In this document: positions 20,055 through 29,487 of the stretch, one piece after another
How the letters are laid out: each line of letters begins with the position of its first letter
How positions within the stretch are numbered: the stretch's first letter is position 1
Source: Ostreococcus lucimarinus
Taxonomy: Eukaryota
Assembly: GCA_000092065.1 (NCBI GenBank)
Contig: CP000600.1
Length of the DNA stretch: 64,000 nucleotides
Strand: one strand, 5' to 3'
The notes under the pieces: generated by a model
What the model was told of the DNA's origin: nothing
Seen by the model: only the letters and a program-made list of their open reading frames with translations
Databases searched by the model: none
Translations under genes and position numbers: made by a program

Positions 20055-23000
20055 CTATCGTGCGCCAGAGGACGCACATCCCGTCGTGGAGGCGCTGTAG
20101 CCTTCGTTACACGTGCAGGTCGGTACGTTCGCATCGTTAAGCCCGCAAGTTCCGAAACCAGAACACGTCGTTCCCGCCGCGACGTCGTATCCAGGGCATT
20201 TGATGACGCAATAATCTCCAAGTTCGGTGGTGGTAGTGTCGAAAATCCCAGCGCACGTGACGCGCAGCTGCGCCGGATCTTGCTTGCACGCATCGCCCAA
20301 ACTCGCGTCTGGATCGCCGGTGAGGTACCATTTGCCCTTACACACACTCGGCCGCATGCTTTCGTAAAGCTCATCGAGGTACGCGACAGAGTAATCGTTT
20401 TTGTATTGTCTGTAGTAGTTGAACAGCGAGATTTGACGTTGTTCTTCGGCATTCACGTCCACAAACGTCCCGATACCAAACGAATCGAACCGAATGGACT
20501 CGCCCACAACTGTGGCCGAAGGATCCACTGCTTCTTGAACGTAATAGTCGGCTCGCACCAAAATTTCTGTGAGCGACGCCAAGCACCAAGCAAGATCGCT
20601 AAATGTGGCAGGGTTACCAGTCCGCGATAGACGGTTCGCCACAACTGCCTCGTAAACCTCTGGATAAACATCAAAGTCGAGGCGATCTCGCGCAATCTCT
20701 CTACCACTCGATTGCTGTAGTACTGTACCACCATCACTTCGACCAGTCGTATCTGTGACGATGGGTATGTCTGCAGCTAAGTTAAGCGTCGCCGCCGTCA
20801 AACCGGAAAATGGGTCATAGGGATTACCTGAGGTTCGAGTGGTGTAGACCGTTCCGTCCATGTAATGCACAGCGGGATCATTCGACCACTTGAACCCTGA
20901 AAGGACTGGCTCCAGGTTTTTCCATCCTGCACTTTCCAAGAGATCAACCTTGAAATTCAAACCGCATCTCGCCGCAGAGCAAGACGTCGGCGGATACCCC
21001 TTTTGATCAGAGTCAATTTTATATCCAAGAAAGACTTGCGGTGTGTTGAGGTACTGTTCCACGATTGCTATGGTCTGCGCACGCGAGAGTTGCTGATTCA
21101 GCCCGAGCTCTGGGAAATTTGTTCGGCTCCAATTATACACTTGATCGCGAGAACCCCACACTGGCACTTCGCGGTTGTACCGCGGTCGACCGCCCATGAG
21201 AATGATATCGTACGCCGATGTTTGATGCGCCTCCACATGCGCGGTCCCCGCGTTTGCCGCAGAATTTGCCGCTGACTCCACCATATACAATGAATACGTT
21301 ATCGAAGCGCCGTATGCATTTTTACTCAGCAAATCACCCGTGAATTTTTCGGGTGCGCGCAAGTACGCGAGTCCGTTCGTGGAATCGTCCGTCAACTTGT
21401 CCGTGAGGTGTAGATATCCGCTTATCCCTTCCCAGAGTAACCCGCTGTCGCCACCTGCGAACGCAAAATTGCACTCTCCGCGCATCAATTGCTCCGAATT
21501 GATCGCGAACGGGTCGTAGACATTGCCAGATAAAATTGATTCGGCGAGCTCACCCGAGCACGAATTATTGTACACCGTCCAGCCCTCTGGTCCCTCCGTG
21601 AATTCAGATTTGACGATGAATGAAGAAGCCTCGGGCCGAGAGCAGTCGACAAACGACCAACCATCTTGACATGCACACGATCCGTCCATCTGACAGTAGC
21701 CATTAACGCAAGGGTTACATTGAACATCGCAAGACAACCCAGTCCAACCGACGTCGCATTTGCACGTACCGTCGGTGAGGCAAGCGCCGTGATCGTAATT
21801 GCATGGGAGACATTCCGTAAAATTTCGAATGTCACAAGTCGTGCCCAACCATCCTTTATTGCAAAGGCAAGTGCTGTCTGCTTGGCACGCGCCGTTGTGG
21901 CACGGAGCACAGGGTACGAAACAATCTTCGCCAGAATATTGTACCCCTCCATCGTCGGTACCGCACACGCAAGTCCCGTCTCGCTTGCAGAATCCCCATG
22001 ATCGAATCTGCACTCCGTGTGCGGTCGTTTTGATGACTTCGGAAACACTACCATCTTCATTTGTGGCGTACTCTTTGAAGCAATTGCAGGACTTGTCACA
22101 CCTTTCTCCGTACCAACCGGTTTCACATTCGCACTTGCCATTCAGTTGACACGTCCCGTGATCTGGATCACACGCGTCGCACGCAATGGAACATGTTGTT
22201 CCCGTATAGGCGCCTGTTAATCCGGAATTCACACCGTGGATAAGCGTATTGATGATCCAAATCATTGTACGATCCGCGCCTGTCGTGCGCGTGGTCACAT
22301 ATTCTCCACTAGTCGCATCGTACATACCCGCTAGGAAGACGTTCATCAAACGCTGTCGCTCGTCTTTACTGTTTGTGTACCAGCGCTCCTGATCGGATGA
22401 CTCTGTCGCTATTTTTAGATCTACTCGAGTGGCTCCGATTGCTTCTTTACGCATCCGTAAGAAATGCGCCTTCAATGCGTCGTCGCAGTCCCAAGGATTG
22501 GCAGCTTCCCAGTCGTCGCCGCAGTTTGTGGTCGACGCGAGCGAAGCCATGCATTCGCCCGTCGTTGCGTCATTTTTATAGTCCAATTTCGAACAGATAT
22601 CGTCCGCGCGCATTGATTCGGGGATGTTGACAATGTCGTTTTGATACTGCAGAAGCTGCGCCTCGAGTGCGGTGCGAGTGGCTGCCCCAACGGCGTCAGC
22701 GGCGGTGGTTACACCGTACCGAAAGTACGTTTCATTTGGTCTGAAGGGTAACTTGGAATCAATTGTGCGGCTCGCGCAGTCAGGGCGATCAGCGCATACG
22801 GAATCGACGCCCCAGACGTAGTCTTCCACTTGAATCGCACTCATGTAATAAGGAGGAATGTACTCTCCCGAAGCTAGTTCACCGTTGGTTGCGTAATGTG
22901 GATCGCGATCAAGACGCAGAGCGAATGAGTGATCTCTAAGCCGTCTCGTTCCGTCGCACAGGCAACTACCGTCGTACTGACACGTGCCGTGAACACACGG

Positions 23001-26000
23001 CTCGCACGGTGTTAGGCAACGATACCCAGTCCAGCCATCGGCGCAGTCGCATGTACCCGTGGTCGAATTGCAGACGCCATTTCCCGAACACGGTGCGCAC
23101 GGGATGTCGCAAGTGGACCCGGCCCAACCTTGCCAATATTCATCGTAAACTTTCGATGTTAATGACTGTGAGCTTGGGAATTCACTTCTCCCCACGCTTA
23201 AGGCGTCGCACACGCAATATCCGCCAGTGATGGGCATTTGTGGCCCAGTTGTACTATCATCTGGAGCGCACACGGCGCCCGCGATAATCCCCCACTCAGT
23301 GTGTGACTTCAAGGCAGTGGGGTCCCGAATTATCGATCCATCCACTCGTTTCTCCACGTAAGGCATCGCGACGAGGTATTCGCCACCTTGACATGTGCCA
23401 TCAGCTACCAAAGTGCCCGAACATCCGTATCCACCGACTCCGTTTGGATCAACATTCGTCCAAGGCTGTCCCGTGCCCGCGACCATGGAGAAACCCGGAG
23501 CACACGTTGCGTTTACATACTCACCATTCATGGAACACGGATGCTTGATTGCACACGTGTGGTATGCCGCATCATAAAATAAGGACGATGTACCGCCAAT
23601 ATCAGCGGATTCGAACACACCATTGGAGCCTCCGGTCCACCACGGGTACGGAGTCACCGCAGCCGTACGGCCGACATCCGCCGTCGAACGCGTCGCAGGT
23701 TGCCAAATGTAACCGTAGTCGCAAACACACTCGCCGTCGTCCTGACAAGTCCCGAAGGCGCATGCGTCACATGCTTTGTTACAGTCACGTCCTCTACTGA
23801 CACTCCCGTCTGCGAGACGATTGACTTGCGGTAAGCCTGTCCAACCCGGTTTGCACACGACTTCCGTCATCCACGGATCTCCAAAGTCCGCATCGTTTGC
23901 GTCTTTCATGACGCATACGCCGTTTGCGGCGTTATACGAATAAGGACAAATGTAGTTGCACATCGGGCCCGTGAAGCCCTCGTTACATTCACACGTCACC
24001 GTGGTGCCAAGTAAGCCAAGTCCGTCCAATGCGCCGTTCAAGTTTCTCGTTCCTCGACTCAAGTAGATATCATCACCACACTCGATGTTGCAGTCGTTGC
24101 CAGAGTACCCTGCGTTACACACGCACGCGCCTGTCGGTCCACACGTCCCATGGACACATGGTACGCAAGTGATCGAGCAGTCTGCACCAGTAAATCCCGG
24201 AGAGCACACACAGTTGCCGTGCGTACCGTTGAATACGCAAGTGCCAAATGCGGAGCACGTGGCACATTGAACTTCGCAATAATCTCCGGTCCATCCGTCT
24301 TCGCAGTTGCAAAATGCAATTTCTCGTCCATCTGGACTCGTGTACTCGTGTACATCTGTCGTGTTGAATAACCCAGTCGAAGTCGCGTTTGGAAATCGAT
24401 CGGTCACCGTTGCGACTTCTTCGGACGTCAGGTACCTCACGGCCCCGTTCCCGTTACATGCCTGCGAACAATCTGCGCCTGTGTAACCAGGAAAGCACGA
24501 GCATGTTGCATTTTCAGTACACTCACCAAAGCCACAATCGGGACACGGTAAGTTGCACGTCGCTCCCGCCCGCACAAGTTTCCCATCCGCGCCCGCAAGA
24601 CATTTGCACAACGTCGTGATATTGTTTTCCTGATATGCCAAGGCGGCATCCTCACGCGCAGATTGATCCCCTATAGTCGTATCGGTATAGATTTCCATCA
24701 GTTTGTCTTTGATACCTGCAGCAAGCTCTGGTGGGGGGTAGCACTCTCCGTACGTACCACACTCGACAGTACATCCAATAGTGCAGTCGGCGCCGGTGTA
24801 GCCAGGATTGCAAATACAAATACCCTCACCTGATGCATCGGCACCGCAGGTACCTTGTTGCGCCAAGGGTTCCGTTGCGCAAGGACACTCTTGTGTGCAC
24901 GATGAACCGGAATATCCTAAAGAGCACGTACACTGCGGTTCCTTCAAAGTGTACTCCTTAGTCGCGGCGTTCCACGATGCCTCTGACGTCGCGGTGAGAG
25001 AGCATGTACCAGTTTCGGCTGAGCATGCGCCACAAACGACGCTGCAGTCTCTCCCAGTAAAGCCAACGTTACACTCACATACATTTGTAGAGGAGTTGTA
25101 GGTACCGTGCGCGTTGCACTCGATCCCACAGTTGCTACCTGAAAAACTATCGATGCAGTCGCATGTCTGGGTCGGACGATCGTACGTGCCGCGCTCCGAA
25201 CACACGTGCGTTTCGCACGCATCACCAGAGTATTCGGACTCTACCGCGGGCGGAATAATAGTGCAACTGCATACAGCGGAGTTCTTTCCGCGCTTACCGT
25301 TATTGTTGCAAAACAACGGATCGGTGATGAGTTCGTCGTACAAAGCATCGCCGACGCGAGAAGATTCTTGCACGTCAACGTTCGCAGTTGCCGTGACGGA
25401 ATTACCGGAAGAATCCGTGAGTGTGAAGTTAAACGCGCGAATTCCTGCTGTGAATTTAAGATTATTGGAGACTTGATCTCCCCCTCCTTCATACTGCGAT
25501 CCTGTCACTTGTTCCACGCTTCCTTCGTTGTGGTAACGAATGGTGCCGATAACTTTACAGTAGTTTGTCACGCTGTCGTAGTTTGAAAGCAATAATCTCT
25601 TTTGCGTGGAGTCCCATGCCGATGCGATGCTCGTTCCCGTGGTGTCTGCGGAAATATATTCGGCCGCACCGTCTGGAAGACTCCCAACATCAACGTTCGC
25701 AATGGCGGCGCTTGCGAGGACGACGTCGTCATCGTCACCGCACGCGTATTCCACATCAGTCAGCCTCACCCCAATCATACGCTCTTTCTCCGTTAACACC
25801 ACTGAGTACGTTTGTCCGTCTCGCGGTCCGTTCAAATCGAGCACAGGCGCCGCGTTTGTCCGACTCATCTTGATCGTCGCCAACGCTGGCGCGCTCATCC
25901 GCCCGGACGCATCCGTAACGATCGCCGTCACTCCTCGTGGTGTCATCGCGATGTTCTCTCCGTTGTGCACGTACGTGAGCGTTTTAAGCGTGTTCAATAT

Positions 26001-26420
26001 CGACGTCGTGCTATACGATTCCACCTCATCCGACGCGTAATTTTCGCTCCTCACGCTCAACGTCCAAGTCGTCGCATCGTACGTAACCGTCGTCCTTCCC
26101 TCATCCCCAATTGGTACCGTCGCCGCCAGCACCTCCTTCGCGCCGTCCATCGCGTTCACTATTTTTACACTCGCGCTGACGATCGCGCTCGCTGGCGTGC
26201 CCTCCGTCACCGTCGTCGAAGACGTCGCCAGCGTGAGCGCCGCGTCGCCCTCCAGATACGTCACCCGCCGCGCGACGGCGCTCTGGAATGTCACCACGGG
26301 CGGCGCCACGGTCACCGCACTCGCGCGCATGGATGTCCCACAAAGTGTTACGGCTACCACGCCGAGTGTCAGCGCGAGAGCGCGCGTGAGCGAGCGCTGC
26401 GCGCGCGTTTTCGAACCCAT
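20055..26420 (-). CDS. giant secreted EGF-repeat glycoprotein (tenascin/teneurin-type CxCxxG[FY][TS]GxxC modules)
   Basis: 2121-codon ORF. It has a clean N-terminal signal peptide (MGSKTRAQRSLTRALALTLGVVAVTLCGTSMRASA) and at least 15 EGF-like modules such as CECNVGFTGRDCS, CVCSPGFTGADCS and CVCNAGYSGNDCNIEC. A large Cys-poor C-terminal region is of unknown function. Confidence 0.75.
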   Translation of the reverse strand: MGSKTRAQRSLTRALALTLGVVAVTLCGTSMRASAVTVAPPVVTFQSAVARRVTYLEGDAALTLATSSTTVTEGTPASAIVSASVKIVNAMDGAKEVLAATVPIGDEGRTTVTYDATTWTLSVRSENYASDEVESYSTTSILNTLKTLTYVHNGENIAMTPRGVTAIVTDASGRMSAPALATIKMSRTNAAPVLDLNGPRDGQTYSVVLTEKERMIGVRLTDVEYACGDDDDVVLASAAIANVDVGSLPDGAAEYISADTTGTSIASAWDSTQKRLLLSNYDSVTNYCKVIGTIRYHNEGSVEQVTGSQYEGGGDQVSNNLKFTAGIRAFNFTLTDSSGNSVTATANVDVQESSRVGDALYDELITDPLFCNNNGKRGKNSAVCSCTIIPPAVESEYSGDACETHVCSERGTYDRPTQTCDCIDSFSGSNCGIECNAHGTYNSSTNVCECNVGFTGRDCSVVCGACSAETGTCSLTATSEASWNAATKEYTLKEPQCTCSLGYSGSSCTQECPCATEPLAQQGTCGADASGEGICICNPGYTGADCTIGCTVECGTYGECYPPPELAAGIKDKLMEIYTDTTIGDQSAREDAALAYQENNITTLCKCLAGADGKLVRAGATCNLPCPDCGFGECTENATCSCFPGYTGADCSQACNGNGAVRYLTSEEVATVTDRFPNATSTGLFNTTDVHEYTSPDGREIAFCNCEDGWTGDYCEVQCATCSAFGTCVFNGTHGNCVCSPGFTGADCSITCVPCVHGTCGPTGACVCNAGYSGNDCNIECGDDIYLSRGTRNLNGALDGLGLLGTTVTCECNEGFTGPMCNYICPYSYNAANGVCVMKDANDADFGDPWMTEVVCKPGWTGLPQVNRLADGSVSRGRDCNKACDACAFGTCQDDGECVCDYGYIWQPATRSTADVGRTAAVTPYPWWTGGSNGVFESADIGGTSSLFYDAAYHTCAIKHPCSMNGEYVNATCAPGFSMVAGTGQPWTNVDPNGVGGYGCSGTLVADGTCQGGEYLVAMPYVEKRVDGSIIRDPTALKSHTEWGIIAGAVCAPDDSTTGPQMPITGGYCVCDALSVGRSEFPSSQSLTSKVYDEYWQGWAGSTCDIPCAPCSGNGVCNSTTGTCDCADGWTGYRCLTPCEPCVHGTCQYDGSCLCDGTRRLRDHSFALRLDRDPHYATNGELASGEYIPPYYMSAIQVEDYVWGVDSVCADRPDCASRTIDSKLPFRPNETYFRYGVTTAADAVGAATRTALEAQLLQYQNDIVNIPESMRADDICSKLDYKNDATTGECMASLASTTNCGDDWEAANPWDCDDALKAHFLRMRKEAIGATRVDLKIATESSDQERWYTNSKDERQRLMNVFLAGMYDATSGEYVTTRTTGADRTMIWIINTLIHGVNSGLTGAYTGTTCSIACDACDPDHGTCQLNGKCECETGWYGERCDKSCNCFKEYATNEDGSVSEVIKTTAHGVQIRSWGFCKRDGTCVCGTDDGGVQYSGEDCFVPCAPCHNGACQADSTCLCNKGWLGTTCDIRNFTECLPCNYDHGACLTDGTCKCDVGWTGLSCDVQCNPCVNGYCQMDGSCACQDGWSFVDCSRPEASSFIVKSEFTEGPEGWTVYNNSCSGELAESILSGNVYDPFAINSEQLMRGECNFAFAGGDSGLLWEGISGYLHLTDKLTDDSTNGLAYLRAPEKFTGDLLSKNAYGASITYSLYMVESAANSAANAGTAHVEAHQTSAYDIILMGGRPRYNREVPVWGSRDQVYNWSRTNFPELGLNQQLSRAQTIAIVEQYLNTPQVFLGYKIDSDQKGYPPTSCSAARCGLNFKVDLLESAGWKNLEPVLSGFKWSNDPAVHYMDGTVYTTRTSGNPYDPFSGLTAATLNLAADIPIVTDTTGRSDGGTVLQQSSGREIARDRLDFDVYPEVYEAVVANRLSRTGNPATFSDLAWCLASLTEILVRADYYVQEAVDPSATVVGESIRFDSFGIGTFVDVNAEEQRQISLFNYYRQYKNDYSVAYLDELYESMRPSVCKGKWYLTGDPDASLGDACKQDPAQLRVTCAGIFDTTTTELGDYCVIKCPGYDVAAGTTCSGFGTCGLNDANVPTCTCNEGYSASTTGCASSGAR

Positions 26421-26760
26421 CGTGGCCGCGGGCGTTTAAATCACCAGGCGTTGGAAACGCGCGCGAGGCGTCGCGCAGAGGAAATTCGAGCGCCCGTACG
26501 CGCGGCACTGCGTCGAACGAATATGATTCCGCGAGTGTGCGGGATCAGACGCGCATCGCGCGCTTTCTAGACGCTTGAGACCGTCGCGCGTCGAGCGCTC
26601 GGCCGGAGTCGACGAGTGCGGTCTCGGCGAACCGAACGAAAAGTCGAAACGTGCGAAACGGCGAACACTCGTGAATTCCAACGTCGAGTGATTACGTCGA
26701 GTGATTAATTTATAACGCTATCTATTCATAACCGCTATCGATATGGCATATGGCATATCG

Positions 26761-27489
26761 CTATTTCAAGTACGTCTTCCCCGAGTACCGCCCGTTGTGC
26801 GTGTTGTTTTTCGCGTCCAAGCCTCCGTCCGCCTTCAAGTCTCGTATCCACACCTGAATCGGCGCCGATAACTCCTTCCCCAACCCGCTCGCCTCCGTCA
26901 CCGTTCGTATGAACCGCACCCTGCGTTCGGCCCTGGCTAGCGTTTTCCACGGCTCGCTCCGCGTCCCCAGCCACGCGTCGCTACCGTTGAACTCGTTGAC
27001 GTAAAACTCGTACGCGTATCCCACGCTCTCTCGCAAATCGTACCGCACCACGTCGTGATACAGCGACATGCACGTCTCCATCTCCACGTCACACGTCGCC
27101 AACCGCGCCCTCACCTCATCGTCCGTGCACGATTCGTAACACACCGCCGCCGCGTTTCGCACGCACGTCAAGTTTCCCGTCTCGCACGTCGCGCAAATCC
27201 CGCAGTACGCGCACTCGCTCGTCGACGCCGTCACGTCGTCCGCCTCGTACGCCGTGTTCGGGTCCCAAATCTGCGTCGAGTACTCGATGTTCGACGGCTC
27301 GCAGAACCACCCGTACGGCCCGACCTCGCACGTCGTCGCGTCGTTCGGGCTGTACGTCGTTCGGTAGAAGCTCGCCTCCTCCGCCGCCGTCGTCGCGCGC
27401 GTCGTCGTCGCTTCGAGCGCGAGCGCCGCGAGCGCCGCGACGAGCGCGCGCGTCGCCGTTCGCGTCGCCGTCGCGCGCCGTCGCGCCAT
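26761..27489 (-). CDS. small secreted cysteine-rich protein (hypothetical)
   Basis: The lower 729 nt of minus-strand ORF 26761..28422. The ATG at 27489 gives MARRRATATRTATRALVAALAALALEA (signal-like), followed by 14 Cys. The upstream part of the ORF is Arg-rich and antisense to the TPR gene region. Confidence 0.4.
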   Translation of the reverse strand: MARRRATATRTATRALVAALAALALEATTTRATTAAEEASFYRTTYSPNDATTCEVGPYGWFCEPSNIEYSTQIWDPNTAYEADDVTASTSECAYCGICATCETGNLTCVRNAAAVCYESCTDDEVRARLATCDVEMETCMSLYHDVVRYDLRESVGYAYEFYVNEFNGSDAWLGTRSEPWKTLARAERRVRFIRTVTEASGLGKELSAPIQVWIRDLKADGGLDAKNNTHNGRYSGKTYLK

Positions 27490-27825
27490 CGCGTCGCGCG
27501 CCGCGCGTCGCGGTCCGTCGCGCGCCCGCGGCTCGGTCTCACGACCGGGACAGGTACCACACGGATCATTCGTCCACAATCTCGCGCGCGCGGCGCGATC
27601 GTCGGCAGTGCGCGCGCGCGGCGACGCGCGGCGCGACGACGCGCGCGCGAACGGCGACGCGTCGAAACGCGCTCGCGTCGACGCGCGCGATCGCGGCGAC
27701 GCGGACGCGGACGCGCGCGGAGACACGCGAAAAGAAGGACGAACGCGGTGGACGATCGGCACCGCGCGCGACATCTTGCGACGGCGACGGCGATAGACGC
27801 GAGCGCGAGGCGAGCGCGAGGCGCG

Positions 27826-29361
27826 ATGGAGTCGCTGGCGCGCGCGGTGATGACGTCGATACCGCCGAACGCGATCGATCGACAGCGCGTGTGCGAGGTG
27901 ATCGGAAGGGCGGAGGGGGCGCGAGCGAGCGGACGACACCGAGACGCGGCGAAGATGTTGATCGACGTCGGAGGGGCGCTGACGCGGTTGCAACACGAGA
28001 CGGCGGTGGCGGTGGCGGAGCAGGCGTTTCAGTGCGCGGTGCAACAGGCGAGGTTGAACGATGAGGACGTGCCGGAGTACATGAAGAACGCGACGGAAGG
28101 GTCGAACGCGGAGCTGGGGGAGGCGTACGCGAGCCTCGGGAACTGCGAGCGCGCGTTGGGCAAGTTGGCGGACGCGGAGGGGCATTATAAGGCGGCGGTG
28201 AAAGCGGTTGAGGATGATGGATTGGAGCCGTTTTCTAATAAGTTCGTCCTTCGAGTGATGGTGACGAGAGTTCGAAAGGATTTCCAGAAACATGAACAAT
28301 TGTGCGACGCGTGGGAGGAGACGATTCGCAAGGCGGCGCGCGAGGGCACGGAGAGTCAAACCGCGCTCTTGGCGGCGACTGGAATCTGTTTGCAAGAGCG
28401 CGCCGGTGGGATGGCGGAACAAAAGAAGTTTAACGAAGCGGCAGAGCTGCGAGGCGGGAAGTTTTTGGAGACTGTGCTTCGCTTACAGGCGCACGGCTTG
28501 CGCACCAAGCCCGACGTGTTGCTGCCAAACGTGTACGATTCCATCGCGGCTTTGTATCTCCAAGCGAAAGACATTAAGAAGGCGCTCGGATTTTTGCACA
28601 GAGCTGTGGCGTCAACGGCGTGTACGGAGTGCTACGGCGATAAATTTATACCCGAGGGCGAAACGCGGGGGATCAAAGCCGAGGGCAAGTGGGACGATGT
28701 GTGCTGGCACCCGTCCCTTTTAGCGTCAAAAAAGGGTGTGGAACAAGACGAGGTGGATGTCGTCCCGCGCGCACCGTGGGAGGTGAGCCCGGAGGAGAAG
28801 AAAATCATCGACCAAATTTTAGGCGTCGGCGATAAGTGGACGATGAAGAAGGGTAAGGAAGGTCCGGAGCCGGCGCGAGGGGCCAACGCGCTCGGGCACA
28901 TCCTGTACACGCTCGGCAACCATCTCATGCAGGCAGCAAAGTGGGAAGAAGCCGGTCGTCCCTTGAAGACCGCAGCTGCGATGTTACAGAACGATTTGGA
29001 TATGCAAGGGAACTGTTTTCACTTGCTCGGCGTCGTTCACTTTCAGATCGCCAAGCTTCCCATGAATAGAGCGCGGGTGAAGGAGATTTTGCCGCGCGCG
29101 GCGAGCTCGTTTGCCTTGGCCGCAGATTGTAGAATCGTCGATGGCAAGTGTACAAAGAAAGGTGCAGCCGAATCGATTAACTCTCTATTGTTCTTAGGTC
29201 GATGCATGTTCGAACTCGGCGAGTTTGAGCAAACAGAACAAGTCACCGCTCAAGCCATCAGCCTCGGCCGACAAGTGCTCGGCGACAACGCTAAGGAAAC
29301 CAACGAGGCCATCAAGGCGATGATGGAGTTTAAACGCCAGATGTCGATGATGGGTCGATGA
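27826..29361 (+). CDS. TPR-like repeat protein (hypothetical)
   Basis: ORF 27055..29361 trimmed to the ATG at 27826 (MESLARAV...). It has an amphipathic helical-repeat composition and TPR-like A/G/Y/L periodicity (EAYASLGNCERALGKLADAEGHYKAAVKA). Confidence 0.5.
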   Translation: MESLARAVMTSIPPNAIDRQRVCEVIGRAEGARASGRHRDAAKMLIDVGGALTRLQHETAVAVAEQAFQCAVQQARLNDEDVPEYMKNATEGSNAELGEAYASLGNCERALGKLADAEGHYKAAVKAVEDDGLEPFSNKFVLRVMVTRVRKDFQKHEQLCDAWEETIRKAAREGTESQTALLAATGICLQERAGGMAEQKKFNEAAELRGGKFLETVLRLQAHGLRTKPDVLLPNVYDSIAALYLQAKDIKKALGFLHRAVASTACTECYGDKFIPEGETRGIKAEGKWDDVCWHPSLLASKKGVEQDEVDVVPRAPWEVSPEEKKIIDQILGVGDKWTMKKGKEGPEPARGANALGHILYTLGNHLMQAAKWEEAGRPLKTAAAMLQNDLDMQGNCFHLLGVVHFQIAKLPMNRARVKEILPRAASSFALAADCRIVDGKCTKKGAAESINSLLFLGRCMFELGEFEQTEQVTAQAISLGRQVLGDNAKETNEAIKAMMEFKRQMSMMGR

Positions 29362-29487
29362 TGGGACGATGAACGTAGCTTAGTAGTTAAATGTCGGATT
29401 TCAACAATCAATAATATGTCTATCTAGAAAAAATCGAGTCTACTGTAAAAATCTGCGTCAAAACAATTCTCCAGTTGTGTAAGGCCG

